Source: an uncultured delta proteobacterium
Lineage (GTDB): Bacteria > Myxococcota > UBA727 > VGSZ01
Length of the DNA stretch: 64,000 bases
Direction: 5' to 3'
NCBI GenBank assembly: GCA_963775425.1
Contig: CAVZJB010000016.1
Location: forward strand, 320,001-384,000
In this document: positions 44,607 to 54,550 of the stretch, in pieces
Numbering within the stretch: the stretch's first letter is position 1
Layout of the letters: every line of letters starts with the position of its first letter
The notes under the pieces: generated by a model
What the model was told of the DNA's origin: nothing
What the model saw: only the letters and a program-made list of their open reading frames with translations
Database searches by the model: none
Translations under genes and position numbers: made by a program

Positions 44607-46988
44607 CTAGCGATCCCGCGCGTCCGCCGCGACGTTGAAGGTGTCGTGGCCGACGAACGCCCCGGGATCCCGGTCGCGGCCCACGACGAGGAGGTCCAGC
44701 CGGTGCTCCCAGAAGCGCTCGCGCACGCAGGCGCCGCCCGTCGCGACGTCGACGCGGAGGATCTCGAGGTCGCCGATCTCCACGTCGAGGGCCGCGCGCG
44801 GGACGAGGCAGGCGCGCGCGTCGGCGGCGAGGAGCCGCTCGAGCGTCTCGCGCTCGTGCAGGTCGACGCCGGTGCCGACGCCGCAGCGCGAGCTCGCGCC
44901 GTAGCCGAGGCAGGAGCAGCCGCACGAGCAGCCGCACCCGCTGATGCCGAAGCCGCCGAGGTCGACGGTGGCCGGGCGCCACGCGGGGATGTCGACGAAC
45001 GACGTCGTGCGCGACACGGCGTGGGCGCGGGTGGCGACGGAGCGGACGAGGTCGTCGTCGAGGGCGGCGCCGACCGCGTCGACGGCGGCGACGCCGAGGA
45101 GCGAGGCGTCTTGCCGGACGCGCTCGCGAAACGGCGTGGCCCACAACAAGCCCTGGACGCGAAGCCCGCGCACGGCGGCGCGGCGCGCGCGCGCGTCGTT
45201 CGCGGCGAGCGGGCGCGCGGCCTCCACCCGCAGGCCCGAGCCGCCCACGAGGAACATCGGCAGGCCGTCGTCCTGGTTTTCGACCTCGGCGGCGTCGCGC
45301 GGCGAGCGCTCGATGACACACGCGGTGACGCCCTCGGCGAGGAGGTCGTCGCCGGCGAGCGTGACCTGCGGGAGGTCGATGCGCGTCGGGTGGATGAGGT
45401 GCGGGTACAGCGCCGCCTCGTCGTCGGGGCCGAAGCCGGTCTCCACCCAGATGCCGCCGGTGCTCTCGGGGCCGCGGGCGCGCGCGTCCTCGTCGACGAA
45501 GGAGCGCCGCCAGGCGATGCTCTGCTCGATGTCGGCGTTGTCGGCGGTAACGACGACGTGGGTGAGCGGGGCGCCGGCGAAGGCGCGCACGAGGTGGTCG
45601 TCGTCGACGGCGTACGGCAGCTTCATGTCCGAGAGCACGACGACGCGCGCGACCTGCCCCTCTTCGACGTCGGACGCGATGCCGCGGGCGCGGGCGAGGG
45701 CGGTGACGACGTCGCTGCCGTTTCCAAGCGCCACCGCAGGCCGGTCGCGATCGCGGCGGTCACGCCAGGGTCCGACGACCACGCGCGGCTTGCGCGCGGC
45801 GGCGACCACCGCGTACTTCGCGTCGGGCGGCGCGGCGTCGAGGATGCCGTCGAGCATCTGCCACTCCTTGGCGAGCGCCGCCGTCCCCACGCTCACGGAC
45901 GCGTCGACGACGAACACGAGGCGCAGCCCCGCCGGGGCGTCCGACAGCGGCCGCGGCAGGTCGAGCTCCGCCCGCGCCACGACCGCGCCCGCCGGGGCGT
46001 CGCCCTCGGTCGTCACCGGCGCCGCGTCGTTGGCCTCCGTGGGTCGCGGCGGCAGCGGGTCGACGACGGTGGCGTAGCCGCGGGCGCGAAGCTTGGGGCC
46101 CGTCAGCGGGCGAACGTCGACGACGGCGAAGGGGTCGGCCACGAGGGCGTCGCCGGCGGCCTCGCCCCCCGGCGCGGGGAACATCGACAGGACGCGCGGA
46201 TGCCACGCGGCGCCGTCGACGCTGACGCGCATGGGGAGCGCGCCGTCGATGGTGAGCGACGGCGCCGCCCGGGGCACCTCGAAGCGCCACGCGCCGTCGA
46301 CGGGGAGGCTCGTGAGCCGCGCCTCGATGCGCACTGTGACGATGCGCACCGAGCAAGCGGCGGCGACGTCGATGCTCACGCCTGCGCCGTCGTCGGCGAC
46401 GAGCACCGCGGCGCGATCGCGGCCGGCCTTGGCCTGCTCGGGCGGCACGCCCATCTCGAGGACCCGCTTGTATTCGGCGAACTGCATCTCGGCGACGCCC
46501 GCGTCTTCGAGCGCGGCGGGCCGAAAGGGTCCCTCGTTCTCGGCGACGAACGCGCCGTCTACGACGCCCGCGCCCGCCGGCAGCTCCACGCCGTCGGTGC
46601 GAAAGCCGGGGCCGTGCGGCACGTTCAAGAGCTTCTGCTCGATCACCAGCGCCGCCCAGCCCTCGTGCACCGTCAGCGTCTCCGTCGAGGTGCCCTCGGC
46701 CATCTCCTCGAGCAGCGCGGGCGCGTCGCCGTCGGGACAAGCGGGCCCTTCGCCGTCCCCGTGCACGGCGGCGCCGTCCCCGCGGGCGCCGTCCCCGCGT
46801 GCGCCGTCCCCGCGTGCGGCAACGCCGTCGTGCGGCGGCGCGTCCGCGGCGGGCGTGGCGTTCGCGCGGGCAGCGTCATCGGCGACGGCGCGCTCCTTGG
46901 CGATGCTCTCGGCCAGCGCGGCCGCGGCACCGTCGGCGTCGAAGGGCCCGGAGGCGAGGAGCGCGAGCGCGGCGGCGAGGGGATGCAT
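44607..46988 (-). CDS. Exported divergent VIT-like + vWA domain protein
   Basis: Signal-like N-terminus; VIT-like ALVIEQKLLN...VELPAGAGVV; vWA motifs LRLVFVVDASVSV and VVVLSD; Cys cluster GCGCSCGCSC near the C-terminus. Confidence 0.7.
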   Translation of the reverse strand: MHPLAAALALLASGPFDADGAAAALAESIAKERAVADDAARANATPAADAPPHDGVAARGDGARGDGARGDGAAVHGDGEGPACPDGDAPALLEEMAEGTSTETLTVHEGWAALVIEQKLLNVPHGPGFRTDGVELPAGAGVVDGAFVAENEGPFRPAALEDAGVAEMQFAEYKRVLEMGVPPEQAKAGRDRAAVLVADDGAGVSIDVAAACSVRIVTVRIEARLTSLPVDGAWRFEVPRAAPSLTIDGALPMRVSVDGAAWHPRVLSMFPAPGGEAAGDALVADPFAVVDVRPLTGPKLRARGYATVVDPLPPRPTEANDAAPVTTEGDAPAGAVVARAELDLPRPLSDAPAGLRLVFVVDASVSVGTAALAKEWQMLDGILDAAPPDAKYAVVAAARKPRVVVGPWRDRRDRDRPAVALGNGSDVVTALARARGIASDVEEGQVARVVVLSDMKLPYAVDDDHLVRAFAGAPLTHVVVTADNADIEQSIAWRRSFVDEDARARGPESTGGIWVETGFGPDDEAALYPHLIHPTRIDLPQVTLAGDDLLAEGVTACVIERSPRDAAEVENQDDGLPMFLVGGSGLRVEAARPLAANDARARRAAVRGLRVQGLLWATPFRERVRQDASLLGVAAVDAVGAALDDDLVRSVATRAHAVSRTTSFVDIPAWRPATVDLGGFGISGCGCSCGCSCLGYGASSRCGVGTGVDLHERETLERLLAADARACLVPRAALDVEIGDLEILRVDVATGGACVRERFWEHRLDLLVVGRDRDPGAFVGHDTFNVAADARDR

Positions 46989-47042
46989 GCGGGCACCGAC
47001 ACCTGCGCCCGGGCCGCGGTTCCCGGCGAAGGGCGTCGGGGC

Positions 47043-47939
47043 TCAACGCGCGCGCGGGTGGTGGGCGCCGTAGATGCGGCGCAGGCGCTCGCGGTTCACG
47101 TGCGTGTAGATCTCCGTCGTCGACAGGTCGGCGTGCCCGAGCATCGCCTGCACGGCGCGCAGGTCGGCGCCGTTTTCGACGAGGTGCGTCGCGAAGCTGT
47201 GGCGCAGCTTGTGCGGCGAGATGGGCTTGGTGATCCCCGCGTCGCGCGCGTAGCCCTTGAGGAGCTTCCAGAAGCCCTGGCGCGTCATGGGCTCTCCGCC
47301 GGCGCGCAGGAAGAGCGCGGGGCTCACGCGGCCGTTGGCGAAGGTCTCGCGGGCGCGGTCGAGGTAGGCCCGCATGGCGTCGGCCGCCACCTCCCCGAAG
47401 GGGACCACGCGCTCCTTGTTGCCCTTGCCGCGCACCATGATGAAGCAGCGCTCGAGGTCGACGCCGTCGTGCGGCAGGCCCACCAGCTCGCTCACGCGCA
47501 GCCCTGTGGCGTAGAGCACCTCGAGCATGGCCCGGTCGCGCAGGCCGCGCGGCGTCGACGCGTCGGGCGCGGCCAGGAGGCGGCCGACCTCGTCGACGTC
47601 GAGGAACGTCGGGAGCGTGCGCGTGGGCCGCGGCAGCTCTATCTCGGCGACCGGGTCCTCCTTCAGCACGCGCTCCTTCACGAGGAACTTGAAGAGCTGG
47701 CGGATGGCGACGAGGTGGCGGGCCTGGCTACGCACCGCCAGCTTCTGCTTGGACATCTCCATCAGGTGCTGGAGCGCGTGGGTGTTCCGCACGTCCTCGA
47801 CGTCCTCGACGCCGTGCTTGCCGAGGAACGCGGCGAACGAGCCGAGGTCGCGGCCGTAGGCTTCGATGGAGTTGTCCGCGAGGCCGCGCTCCACGCGCGC
47901 CCAGGACAGGAACGAATCGACGGCGCTGCCGACGTCCAC
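47043..47939 (-). CDS. xerD: Site-specific tyrosine recombinase XerD
   Basis: RDRAMLEVLYATGLRVSEL; GKGNKERVVP; MTRQGFW; SPHKLRHSFATHL; LGHADLSTTEIYTHV. Confidence 0.95.
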   Translation of the reverse strand: MDVGSAVDSFLSWARVERGLADNSIEAYGRDLGSFAAFLGKHGVEDVEDVRNTHALQHLMEMSKQKLAVRSQARHLVAIRQLFKFLVKERVLKEDPVAEIELPRPTRTLPTFLDVDEVGRLLAAPDASTPRGLRDRAMLEVLYATGLRVSELVGLPHDGVDLERCFIMVRGKGNKERVVPFGEVAADAMRAYLDRARETFANGRVSPALFLRAGGEPMTRQGFWKLLKGYARDAGITKPISPHKLRHSFATHLVENGADLRAVQAMLGHADLSTTEIYTHVNRERLRRIYGAHHPRAR

Positions 47940-47995
47940 GGCGTGAGCCTACACCGAAGCGCCCTCGAGACGTCGGCCCCCACGACGCGGCTCGG

Positions 47996-50614
47996 TCACG
48001 AGGGCGCGATGGCCGCGAGGAGCGCGCGCTCCATGGCGGCGAGCTCGGCGGCGCTCGTCCCACCCTCGTCGTCGCGCTCGACGGTGAAGACGTCGGTGAC
48101 CCGCGGCCCCTCGGTGTGGATGCGCGCGAGGGCGATGGTGAAGCCGCGGGCGGCGAAGGCGCGCGCGAGGTCGGCGAGGAGGCCGAGGCGGTCGGCGGCG
48201 CGCACCTCGACGACGGTGCGCCCCCAGGAGTCGCTCGGCAGCACGCGCACCCGCGGGGCCACGCGCGTGGGCCGGATGAAGCCGCCGCGGGGCGGCGCCG
48301 GGGCCCCGGGGGCGCGCGGGCGGGCCGCGGCGGCGAGCGCGGCCGGCAGGCGCGCCGCGGTCTCGCGCACGAGCCGATGGCCGCGGCTGTCGTCGACGAT
48401 GAACGCGTCGAGGACCAGGCCGTCGCTGCGCACGTCGAGGGTGGCGCCGAGGACGTTGGCCCCCTCGGAGGCGAGCGCCGCCGCCAGGTCCGCGAGCAGC
48501 CCCGGCCGATCGCGGGCCACGAGCCGCACCTCGTGGATGGTCTCGAGGGCCGCGCGCACGACCACGGCGATCGGGCCTCGTTCGTCGCGGCCCTGGTCCG
48601 ACGGCGGTGGCGCGTCGACGTCGCCGGCCACGGGGACGCCGACGAACGCCTGCGCGTACGCCGCCGCGTCGTCGCGGAGCTCGTCTTCGCTGCGGGACGC
48701 GAGGAAGCTCGTGGTGGCGCCGTCGACGAACCGCGCGGCGACGTCGTCGCGCACGCCCGCGAGCGCGGCGCGCGCCGCCCTTCGCACCTCTTCGTCGACC
48801 GTGCGCGCCACGGCCGCCCCGGGCGACAACAGCGCCTCGCGCGCGCGCTCCACGGCGGTACCGAGCAGCCGGGCCTTCCACGCGGTGCCGACGCCGGGCG
48901 CCACCGCGCACATGTCCACCCACGTGAGGAGCGCCAGCAGGTCGAGGCGCTCCGGCGTGCGCACCGCCGCGCTGAGCTCGTCGATGACGACGGGATCCGA
49001 CAGGTCGCGCCGCTGCGACGCGCGCGACAGGACGAGGTGCTCGAGCACGAGGAAGCGCAGCAGCTCCGCGTCGTCGGCGGGGAGCCCCATGCGCCCCGCC
49101 TCGCGCCCCACGACGCGCGCGCCGACGACGGAGTGATCCTCGACGAGGCCCTTGCCCATGTCGTGGAACAGCGCGCTCAGCACCACGATGTGCGTACGCG
49201 TGGTTCGCCCCGCCGACGGCAACAGCGGAGCCGGCGGCGGCGACGCGCCGGACACGAGGAAGAGCGCGAGGTCCGCGCAGCGGGCGAGGTGGGCGTCGGT
49301 GGTGAGCGCGTGGACCCCGTCGAGCTTCACGCGCGCGTGCAGGCGCTCGACCTCGACGAGGATGCGCGGCAGCGCGCCCCACTCGAGGAGCCGCGTGAAG
49401 GGGCCGTGGCCGTCCGCGTCGGGCCCCGCGCTCGTCGACGAGCACAGGCGCAGGAGCGCCCGCGCCGCCGCCCGCCGGGCGCGCTCGTCGGGCTCGGCCG
49501 CGCGCTCGGTGAGCGCGGCCGAGCGCCGCGCCGTAAAGGCGTCGGCGGCCACCAGGTCGTGCTCGGACATGAGCCGCGCCGCTTCGACGATCGCGGCGAG
49601 GTCGAGGGAGGCGTCGGCGTGGAAGTGGAGCTCGCCGTCGACGTCGACGAAGCCGCCGCCGAGATCGCGGTGGCCCACGCGCGCCGGGCGCGGCTGCAGC
49701 CGGGCGAGGGCGTCGTCGACGGTGCGCTTGACGAGCGCCATGGCCGTGACGGCGCGGCGACACAGGGCTTCGGCGGCGGTCTCGCCCGCGTGGCCCGGCG
49801 AGGTGTCGAGGAGCGGCGCGGCGTGGCCCGCGTTTTCGCCGTGGAGCCGATCGTCGGCGCGGCCGACGGCGACGTGGAGCGCGGCGCGCAGCGCGAGCAG
49901 CTCGCGGCGCCCGTGCTTGAGCGCGGCGGCCTCGCGCGGGTGGAGGAGGCCGACGCCGAGGAGCCCCGCGAGCAGATCGCCCGACGGGTCGCGCGCGCCT
50001 TCGCCGGCGTGGAGCAGGCCGATCCACAGGAGCGCCTGCAGGTCGCGGAGGCCGCCGGGCCCGCTTTTGAGGTCGGGCTCCTGCTGCCACGGCGAGCCTC
50101 CGAAGCGCTCGCGGCGCGCGTGCAGCTCGCGCAGCTTCTCGTCGAGGAGCGCCCCGCGGCGCGCCGGGAAGAGCTCGCGGCGCACGTGCCGCAGGGCGCG
50201 CTCGGCGAGCGCGAGGTCGCCGGCGATCGGGCGCGCCTCGAGGAGGGCGGTGGCAGCGTGGCCGTCCTTCGCGCTCAGGCGCTCGAACAGCGACGGCAGC
50301 TCGTCGACGCCGCGCACGGCGTGACCGACGCGAAAGCCGGCGTCCCACAAAGCGTAGAGCGGACGGGTGGCGCGTTCGCCGGCGGCTGCGGCGTCGCCGT
50401 CGACGACGATGAGCACGTCGACGTCGGAGAACGGCACGAGGTCCCGCCGCGCGAGCCCGCCTTGCGCGAGCACGGCGACGCCGGAGCCCTCGGGCGCCGC
50501 CGCCCCGATCAGCGCCTCCACGCCCTCGGAGAACGCGCGCGCGACGGTGTCGCCGGCCTCCCCGGCGCGCAGCATCCGCGCGACCTCTTCGTGCAACTGC
50601 TCCCGTGTCACCAC
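47996..50614 (-). CDS. glnD: PII uridylyltransferase / uridylyl-removing enzyme
   Basis: NTase GGLARRDLVPFSDVD; EPDLKSGPGGLRDL; HD motif LFHDMGKG; two ACT domains (DRPGLL, DRLGLL). Confidence 0.9.
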   Translation of the reverse strand: MVTREQLHEEVARMLRAGEAGDTVARAFSEGVEALIGAAAPEGSGVAVLAQGGLARRDLVPFSDVDVLIVVDGDAAAAGERATRPLYALWDAGFRVGHAVRGVDELPSLFERLSAKDGHAATALLEARPIAGDLALAERALRHVRRELFPARRGALLDEKLRELHARRERFGGSPWQQEPDLKSGPGGLRDLQALLWIGLLHAGEGARDPSGDLLAGLLGVGLLHPREAAALKHGRRELLALRAALHVAVGRADDRLHGENAGHAAPLLDTSPGHAGETAAEALCRRAVTAMALVKRTVDDALARLQPRPARVGHRDLGGGFVDVDGELHFHADASLDLAAIVEAARLMSEHDLVAADAFTARRSAALTERAAEPDERARRAAARALLRLCSSTSAGPDADGHGPFTRLLEWGALPRILVEVERLHARVKLDGVHALTTDAHLARCADLALFLVSGASPPPAPLLPSAGRTTRTHIVVLSALFHDMGKGLVEDHSVVGARVVGREAGRMGLPADDAELLRFLVLEHLVLSRASQRRDLSDPVVIDELSAAVRTPERLDLLALLTWVDMCAVAPGVGTAWKARLLGTAVERAREALLSPGAAVARTVDEEVRRAARAALAGVRDDVAARFVDGATTSFLASRSEDELRDDAAAYAQAFVGVPVAGDVDAPPPSDQGRDERGPIAVVVRAALETIHEVRLVARDRPGLLADLAAALASEGANVLGATLDVRSDGLVLDAFIVDDSRGHRLVRETAARLPAALAAAARPRAPGAPAPPRGGFIRPTRVAPRVRVLPSDSWGRTVVEVRAADRLGLLADLARAFAARGFTIALARIHTEGPRVTDVFTVERDDEGGTSAAELAAMERALLAAIAPS

Positions 50615-50683
50615 GGGCGGATCGTAGCGTCGCCGCCCCGCGCCCCACAGTCCCCATGGGGCCTCACCGGGCCCCGGACGGGC

Positions 50684-52501
50684 TTACTTGTAGAAGGCCT
50701 GGCGCTCCTCGATGAACTGCCGCACGCCGTCGACCACGCCGTTGGCGATGCTGTCCTGGTACGCCGTGGTCGTGAGGCGCTTCTCCTCCGCGCGGTTCGA
50801 CACGAAGGAGGTCTCGACGAGGATGGACGGCATCCGGCTGCCCATCAGCACGTAGAACAGCGCGTGCTTGAGCCCGAGGTCGGGCACGTCGCTCCAACGC
50901 TTGTGGAGCTTCTTCATCACGCTCTTTTGCACCGCGTGGCCGAGGCGCACGCTGTCGTCGACGTTGGACTTCATCGCCAGGTCGGCGAGGATGTACTCGA
51001 GGTCGCTGATGGACCCCTCGCCCATCTCGGCGTTTTCTCGCGCGGCCAGCTTCATGGCGTACTTGTCGTGGGTGATGTTGAGCGTGTAGGTCTCCACGCC
51101 GCGCACGCGCCGGAGCGGGCTGGCGTTGCAGTGGATGGAGATGAAGAGGTCGGCGGCGGCGGAGTTGGCCGTGTTGGTGCGGTCCTGCAACGCCAGCGTG
51201 CGGTCGTCGTCGCGCGTCATCACCACCTCGAGGTCCGGCATCTCCGCGAGCAATTTGTCGCGTACGCGCTTGGAGATCTGCAGCGTGATGTCCTTCTCCT
51301 TCACGCCGTCGGGGCCGATGGCGCCGGTGTCGTTGCCGCCGTGGCCGGGGTCGATCACCACGCGGTGCACGGCGAGGCCCATCTGCTGCGAGATGGAGAC
51401 GCCGCCCGGGGTGCCGTTTTCGAACTTCTTCTTCACCGCCGCCGGATCGGGCGTGGGCGCCGTCGCGGCCGGGGGCGCCACCTTCGCCGGCGCGCCCGCG
51501 GCGGCCACGACGGCGGGCGGCGCGGGCGGCTGCAACGGCTCCGTGAACGTCAGCTCGAACGTGGGCTTCTGCTGGATGTGCAAGGACGGCTCGGCGTCGC
51601 CCTCGAGCTCGATGACGATGCGCACCACCTCGGTGTCGTACTGGCCGGCGCGCACGCGCGCGACCACGCCGTCGTGCACGTCGATGGGCTGAATGTTGCG
51701 CTGCCCGAGCTTGGCGGGCGCGAGGTCGTAGAAGATGCGGTGCGGTCCGCCGTCGGCCTTCGGGACGTCGCCGCGGGTCATGCCCACCGCGCCGGAGACG
51801 CGCACGGTGACCACCGACTGCGTCGCCGTCTTTCGGTGCTTGATCACCATCACCTTGCGCGACGGCGTCCCCGGCGGGGGCGCCTCGGGGAGGACCTCGA
51901 CGGGCGTGAGCACCGCCGGCGCAGAAGCGCCCGTCGCCGCCGGAGCGTCCTTCTCGGCCGTGCGCGCGGGCGGCTCCTCCTTGGGCAGCGCCGCGAGCGC
52001 GTGCTCGGCCTCGTGCCGCATGTCGGCGGCCGAGCCCATGGCGACGATGCGCTCGAGCATCTTGCGCGCCCGCGCGTGGTCCTCGGTCAGCCGCGCGCCC
52101 GCGAGGAGGGCGTCGTCGGCGAGGTTGGAGTCGGGGAAGCGGTCGGCGCAGGACTCGAACGCGTCGACCGCGGCGAGCTTGTCGGCGTCGACGCGGGAGA
52201 CGCTGTACAGCTCCTCGACGAGCTGCGCGGCCACGAACGCGGCGTCGTCGGCCTTGCTGCCCTCCTTGTACGTGTTGGCGACGGCCTGGAGGCGGACGAT
52301 GAGCTTTTCGTAGTTGTGGCGGAACTGCTTCTTGGCGGGGTCGCGCCGCAGCGCCTCCACGTCCTTCTTGAGCTCGCCGAACGCGGCGATGGAAGGGTCG
52401 GCGTCGGCGTGCAGGGGCGCGGCGGCGGACAGGGTGAGCGCGACGACGAGGCCGATGCGCGTGGAGGCGGAGGCGAAGGCGGGCAACGGGAGTGGCTTCA
52501 C
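50684..52501 (-). CDS. amiC: N-acetylmuramoyl-L-alanine amidase (TPR + AMIN + Amidase_3)
   Basis: VVIDPGHGGNDTGA; EKDITL; FISIHCNAS; PSILVETSF; N-terminal signal peptide. GTG at 52501 overlaps the upstream stop. Confidence 0.9.
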   Translation of the reverse strand: MKPLPLPAFASASTRIGLVVALTLSAAAPLHADADPSIAAFGELKKDVEALRRDPAKKQFRHNYEKLIVRLQAVANTYKEGSKADDAAFVAAQLVEELYSVSRVDADKLAAVDAFESCADRFPDSNLADDALLAGARLTEDHARARKMLERIVAMGSAADMRHEAEHALAALPKEEPPARTAEKDAPAATGASAPAVLTPVEVLPEAPPPGTPSRKVMVIKHRKTATQSVVTVRVSGAVGMTRGDVPKADGGPHRIFYDLAPAKLGQRNIQPIDVHDGVVARVRAGQYDTEVVRIVIELEGDAEPSLHIQQKPTFELTFTEPLQPPAPPAVVAAAGAPAKVAPPAATAPTPDPAAVKKKFENGTPGGVSISQQMGLAVHRVVIDPGHGGNDTGAIGPDGVKEKDITLQISKRVRDKLLAEMPDLEVVMTRDDDRTLALQDRTNTANSAAADLFISIHCNASPLRRVRGVETYTLNITHDKYAMKLAARENAEMGEGSISDLEYILADLAMKSNVDDSVRLGHAVQKSVMKKLHKRWSDVPDLGLKHALFYVLMGSRMPSILVETSFVSNRAEEKRLTTTAYQDSIANGVVDGVRQFIEERQAFYK

Positions 52502-53634
52502 AGCGTGGGCTCCGAGCCGGCAGGGGCCCTGCGGCGGGCCTCCTCCCGGACGATCAGGGCGACGACGGCGCCGACGGGGAGGGCGAACAAAGCGCCGACC
52601 AGGCCCGCGGCGGCGCCGCCGAGGACGACGGCGAGGATGGCGGCGAAGGGGGACAGGCCGGCCTTCTCGCCGACGATGCGCGGCGTGAGGATGTAGGCCT
52701 CGAGGGACTGGACGACGGCCATGGTGATGACGGCGCCGACGATGGGCCACAGGGACGCGCTGCCGAGCTCCACGATGGAAAACGCCACCGCGAGGATGAC
52801 CGAGACGAAGCCCGACGCGAAGGGGATGAAGTAGGCGGCGCCGGCGATGACGCCGATGGCGAGCGCCAGCGGCACCCCCGAGATGGTGAGGCCGACGACG
52901 TACAGGACGGCGTCGATGGCGGCGACGACGAGCTGCCCGCGGACGAGCTTGGACAGCGTGACCTCGATGAGCGGCACGTAGTAACCGAGCACCGGCCGCG
53001 TGCGCTTGGGTACGAGGTTCTTCACCACCACCTGGATGCGCGGCAGCTCCGTGAGCGCGAAGTAACCGAGCACGGGCACGAGCACCGCCTCGGTCAACAC
53101 CGCGGCGGCGCTGGCGGCGCCGCGGAGGACGCCGGCGGTGGTGGAGCCGACGCCGCCCCTGAGCTGGCCGAGGAGCTCGCGGCTGGCCTCGCTGGACAGG
53201 TCGCTCAAGCGGGTGGGCAGCGCGACGCCGAGGTGACGGTGCGCCCACGCCGCCGCCCGCTGCAGCGCCTCCGGGAGCTGCTCGAACAGCGACGACAGGT
53301 CGCTCACGAGCGCGGGCACCACCATGGACAGGAGCGCCGCCACGAACAGCACCGCGCCGACGACGAACGCCGCGGCGCCGAGGCCGCGGGGCCAGCGGTG
53401 CGCCTCGAGCCAGGCGACGACGGGCGCGCCCACGAACGTGACGACGCCCACGAGGAGCAGCGGCACGACCACGTCGCGCACGAGCCAGAAGCCGTACGCG
53501 CCGGCGGCGAGCGCCAGGGCGACGAAGAGCATGTGGAGGTCGATGGCCACCACGCGCAGCGCAGGGATCGAGGGGGCCGGCATGTGCGGCAGGAGGAGGG
53601 TCGCGGGCTTGCCGAGCTGCTTGCGTCTGACCAC
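52498..53634 (-). CDS. AI-2E family transporter (start may be ATG 53583)
   Basis: Multiple TM helices; RGQLVVA; YFIPF; QSLEAYILTPRIVG; GLVGALFALP. Confidence 0.88.
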   Translation of the reverse strand: MVRRKQLGKPATLLLPHMPAPSIPALRVVAIDLHMLFVALALAAGAYGFWLVRDVVVPLLLVGVVTFVGAPVVAWLEAHRWPRGLGAAAFVVGAVLFVAALLSMVVPALVSDLSSLFEQLPEALQRAAAWAHRHLGVALPTRLSDLSSEASRELLGQLRGGVGSTTAGVLRGAASAAAVLTEAVLVPVLGYFALTELPRIQVVVKNLVPKRTRPVLGYYVPLIEVTLSKLVRGQLVVAAIDAVLYVVGLTISGVPLALAIGVIAGAAYFIPFASGFVSVILAVAFSIVELGSASLWPIVGAVITMAVVQSLEAYILTPRIVGEKAGLSPFAAILAVVLGGAAAGLVGALFALPVGAVVALIVREEARRRAPAGSEPTL

Positions 53635-53714
53635 GCGGTCCCCATCTGGCGCCGCCGGGCGCCTCTTGTCTCCTTAGGTCACCGGGCGGCCCCGCGCAAA
53701 AAACCGGCCGCCAG

Positions 53715-53746
53715 AAACGAAAACGGCGCGGGGGTGACCCGCGCCG
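53715..53746 (-). terminator. Rho-independent terminator after the FecR-domain gene
   Basis: On the minus strand, CGGCGCGGG-TCACC-CCCGCGCCG is followed by TTTTCGTTT. Confidence 0.7.
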
Positions 53747-53774
53747 CTTGCGACCTGTGGGACGGGCACCGACC

Positions 53775-54545
53775 TCAGTCGGACTTCTCCGTGCTCTTGC
53801 CGGCGTCGCGCTCGGTGTTCCAGCGCACCCACTCCGGCTCGTCCTTCTTGTCGTCGTCCATGCTGAAGGCGCGCGGGTCGGCGTCGTGGATGGTCTGGCC
53901 CTTGGGGATCCGGACCTCCATCATCTTGCCGAGCAGCTTCTCGAAGGTCTGGACGTCCACCTCGTGGAACGGCGGGGCGATGGCCTTGCGGTCCGAGCGA
54001 ATGGGCGAGCCGTTGTCATCGGGCTTGCCCTGCTCCGCCAGGAGCGGCGCGGCGACGGCGACGGCGCCGTTGTAGACCTTCACCACGGTGGCCTCGTCGC
54101 GGTCGACGTTGACGCGGAAGACGGTGCCGCGCACGCCTGCGACGGCGTTGGCCGTCTTCACCTGGAACTTGCTGTCGTCACCGACGAGCTTGGCCACCTT
54201 GGCCCAGGCCTCTCCGGCCACCAGCGTGGCCTCGACCTTGACCTCCTTGGACTTGCCGTTGAACGCAGCGCCCTCGACCTTGAGCTGCGACTTGGGCCCC
54301 ACCCGCACGACGCTGCCGTCGGCGAAGGTGAGCTCCGCGCGCGAGCTGTCGCCCGTCTTGATCAGGGAGCCGGCGTCGACGTGACGACCGCGGCGCACGG
54401 GCTTCCACGTGTTGCCGTCCGCCGAGCTCGTGACCTCGCCCTTGACGAACGTGGCCTTGGGACCCTTGGTCGCGCCTGCGTCCGCGGGCGCCGCCACCAT
54501 GACGAACGCGCCCGCGAGCAACGTGATGAGGAGTGAGTTCCGCAT
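53775..54545 (-). CDS. Exported FecR-domain protein
   Basis: Signal peptide; IKTGDSSRAELTFADGSVVRVGPKSQL; FQVKTANAVAGVRGTVFRV. Confidence 0.85.
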   Translation of the reverse strand: MRNSLLITLLAGAFVMVAAPADAGATKGPKATFVKGEVTSSADGNTWKPVRRGRHVDAGSLIKTGDSSRAELTFADGSVVRVGPKSQLKVEGAAFNGKSKEVKVEATLVAGEAWAKVAKLVGDDSKFQVKTANAVAGVRGTVFRVNVDRDEATVVKVYNGAVAVAAPLLAEQGKPDDNGSPIRSDRKAIAPPFHEVDVQTFEKLLGKMMEVRIPKGQTIHDADPRAFSMDDDKKDEPEWVRWNTERDAGKSTEKSD

Positions 54546-54550
54546 TTCGT

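Noticed and set aside
47043-47939. Tyrosine recombinase as a marker of a prophage or integrative element
   Set aside because: It has XerD-specific motifs and housekeeping neighbours (glnD, amidase), with no att repeats or phage genes.
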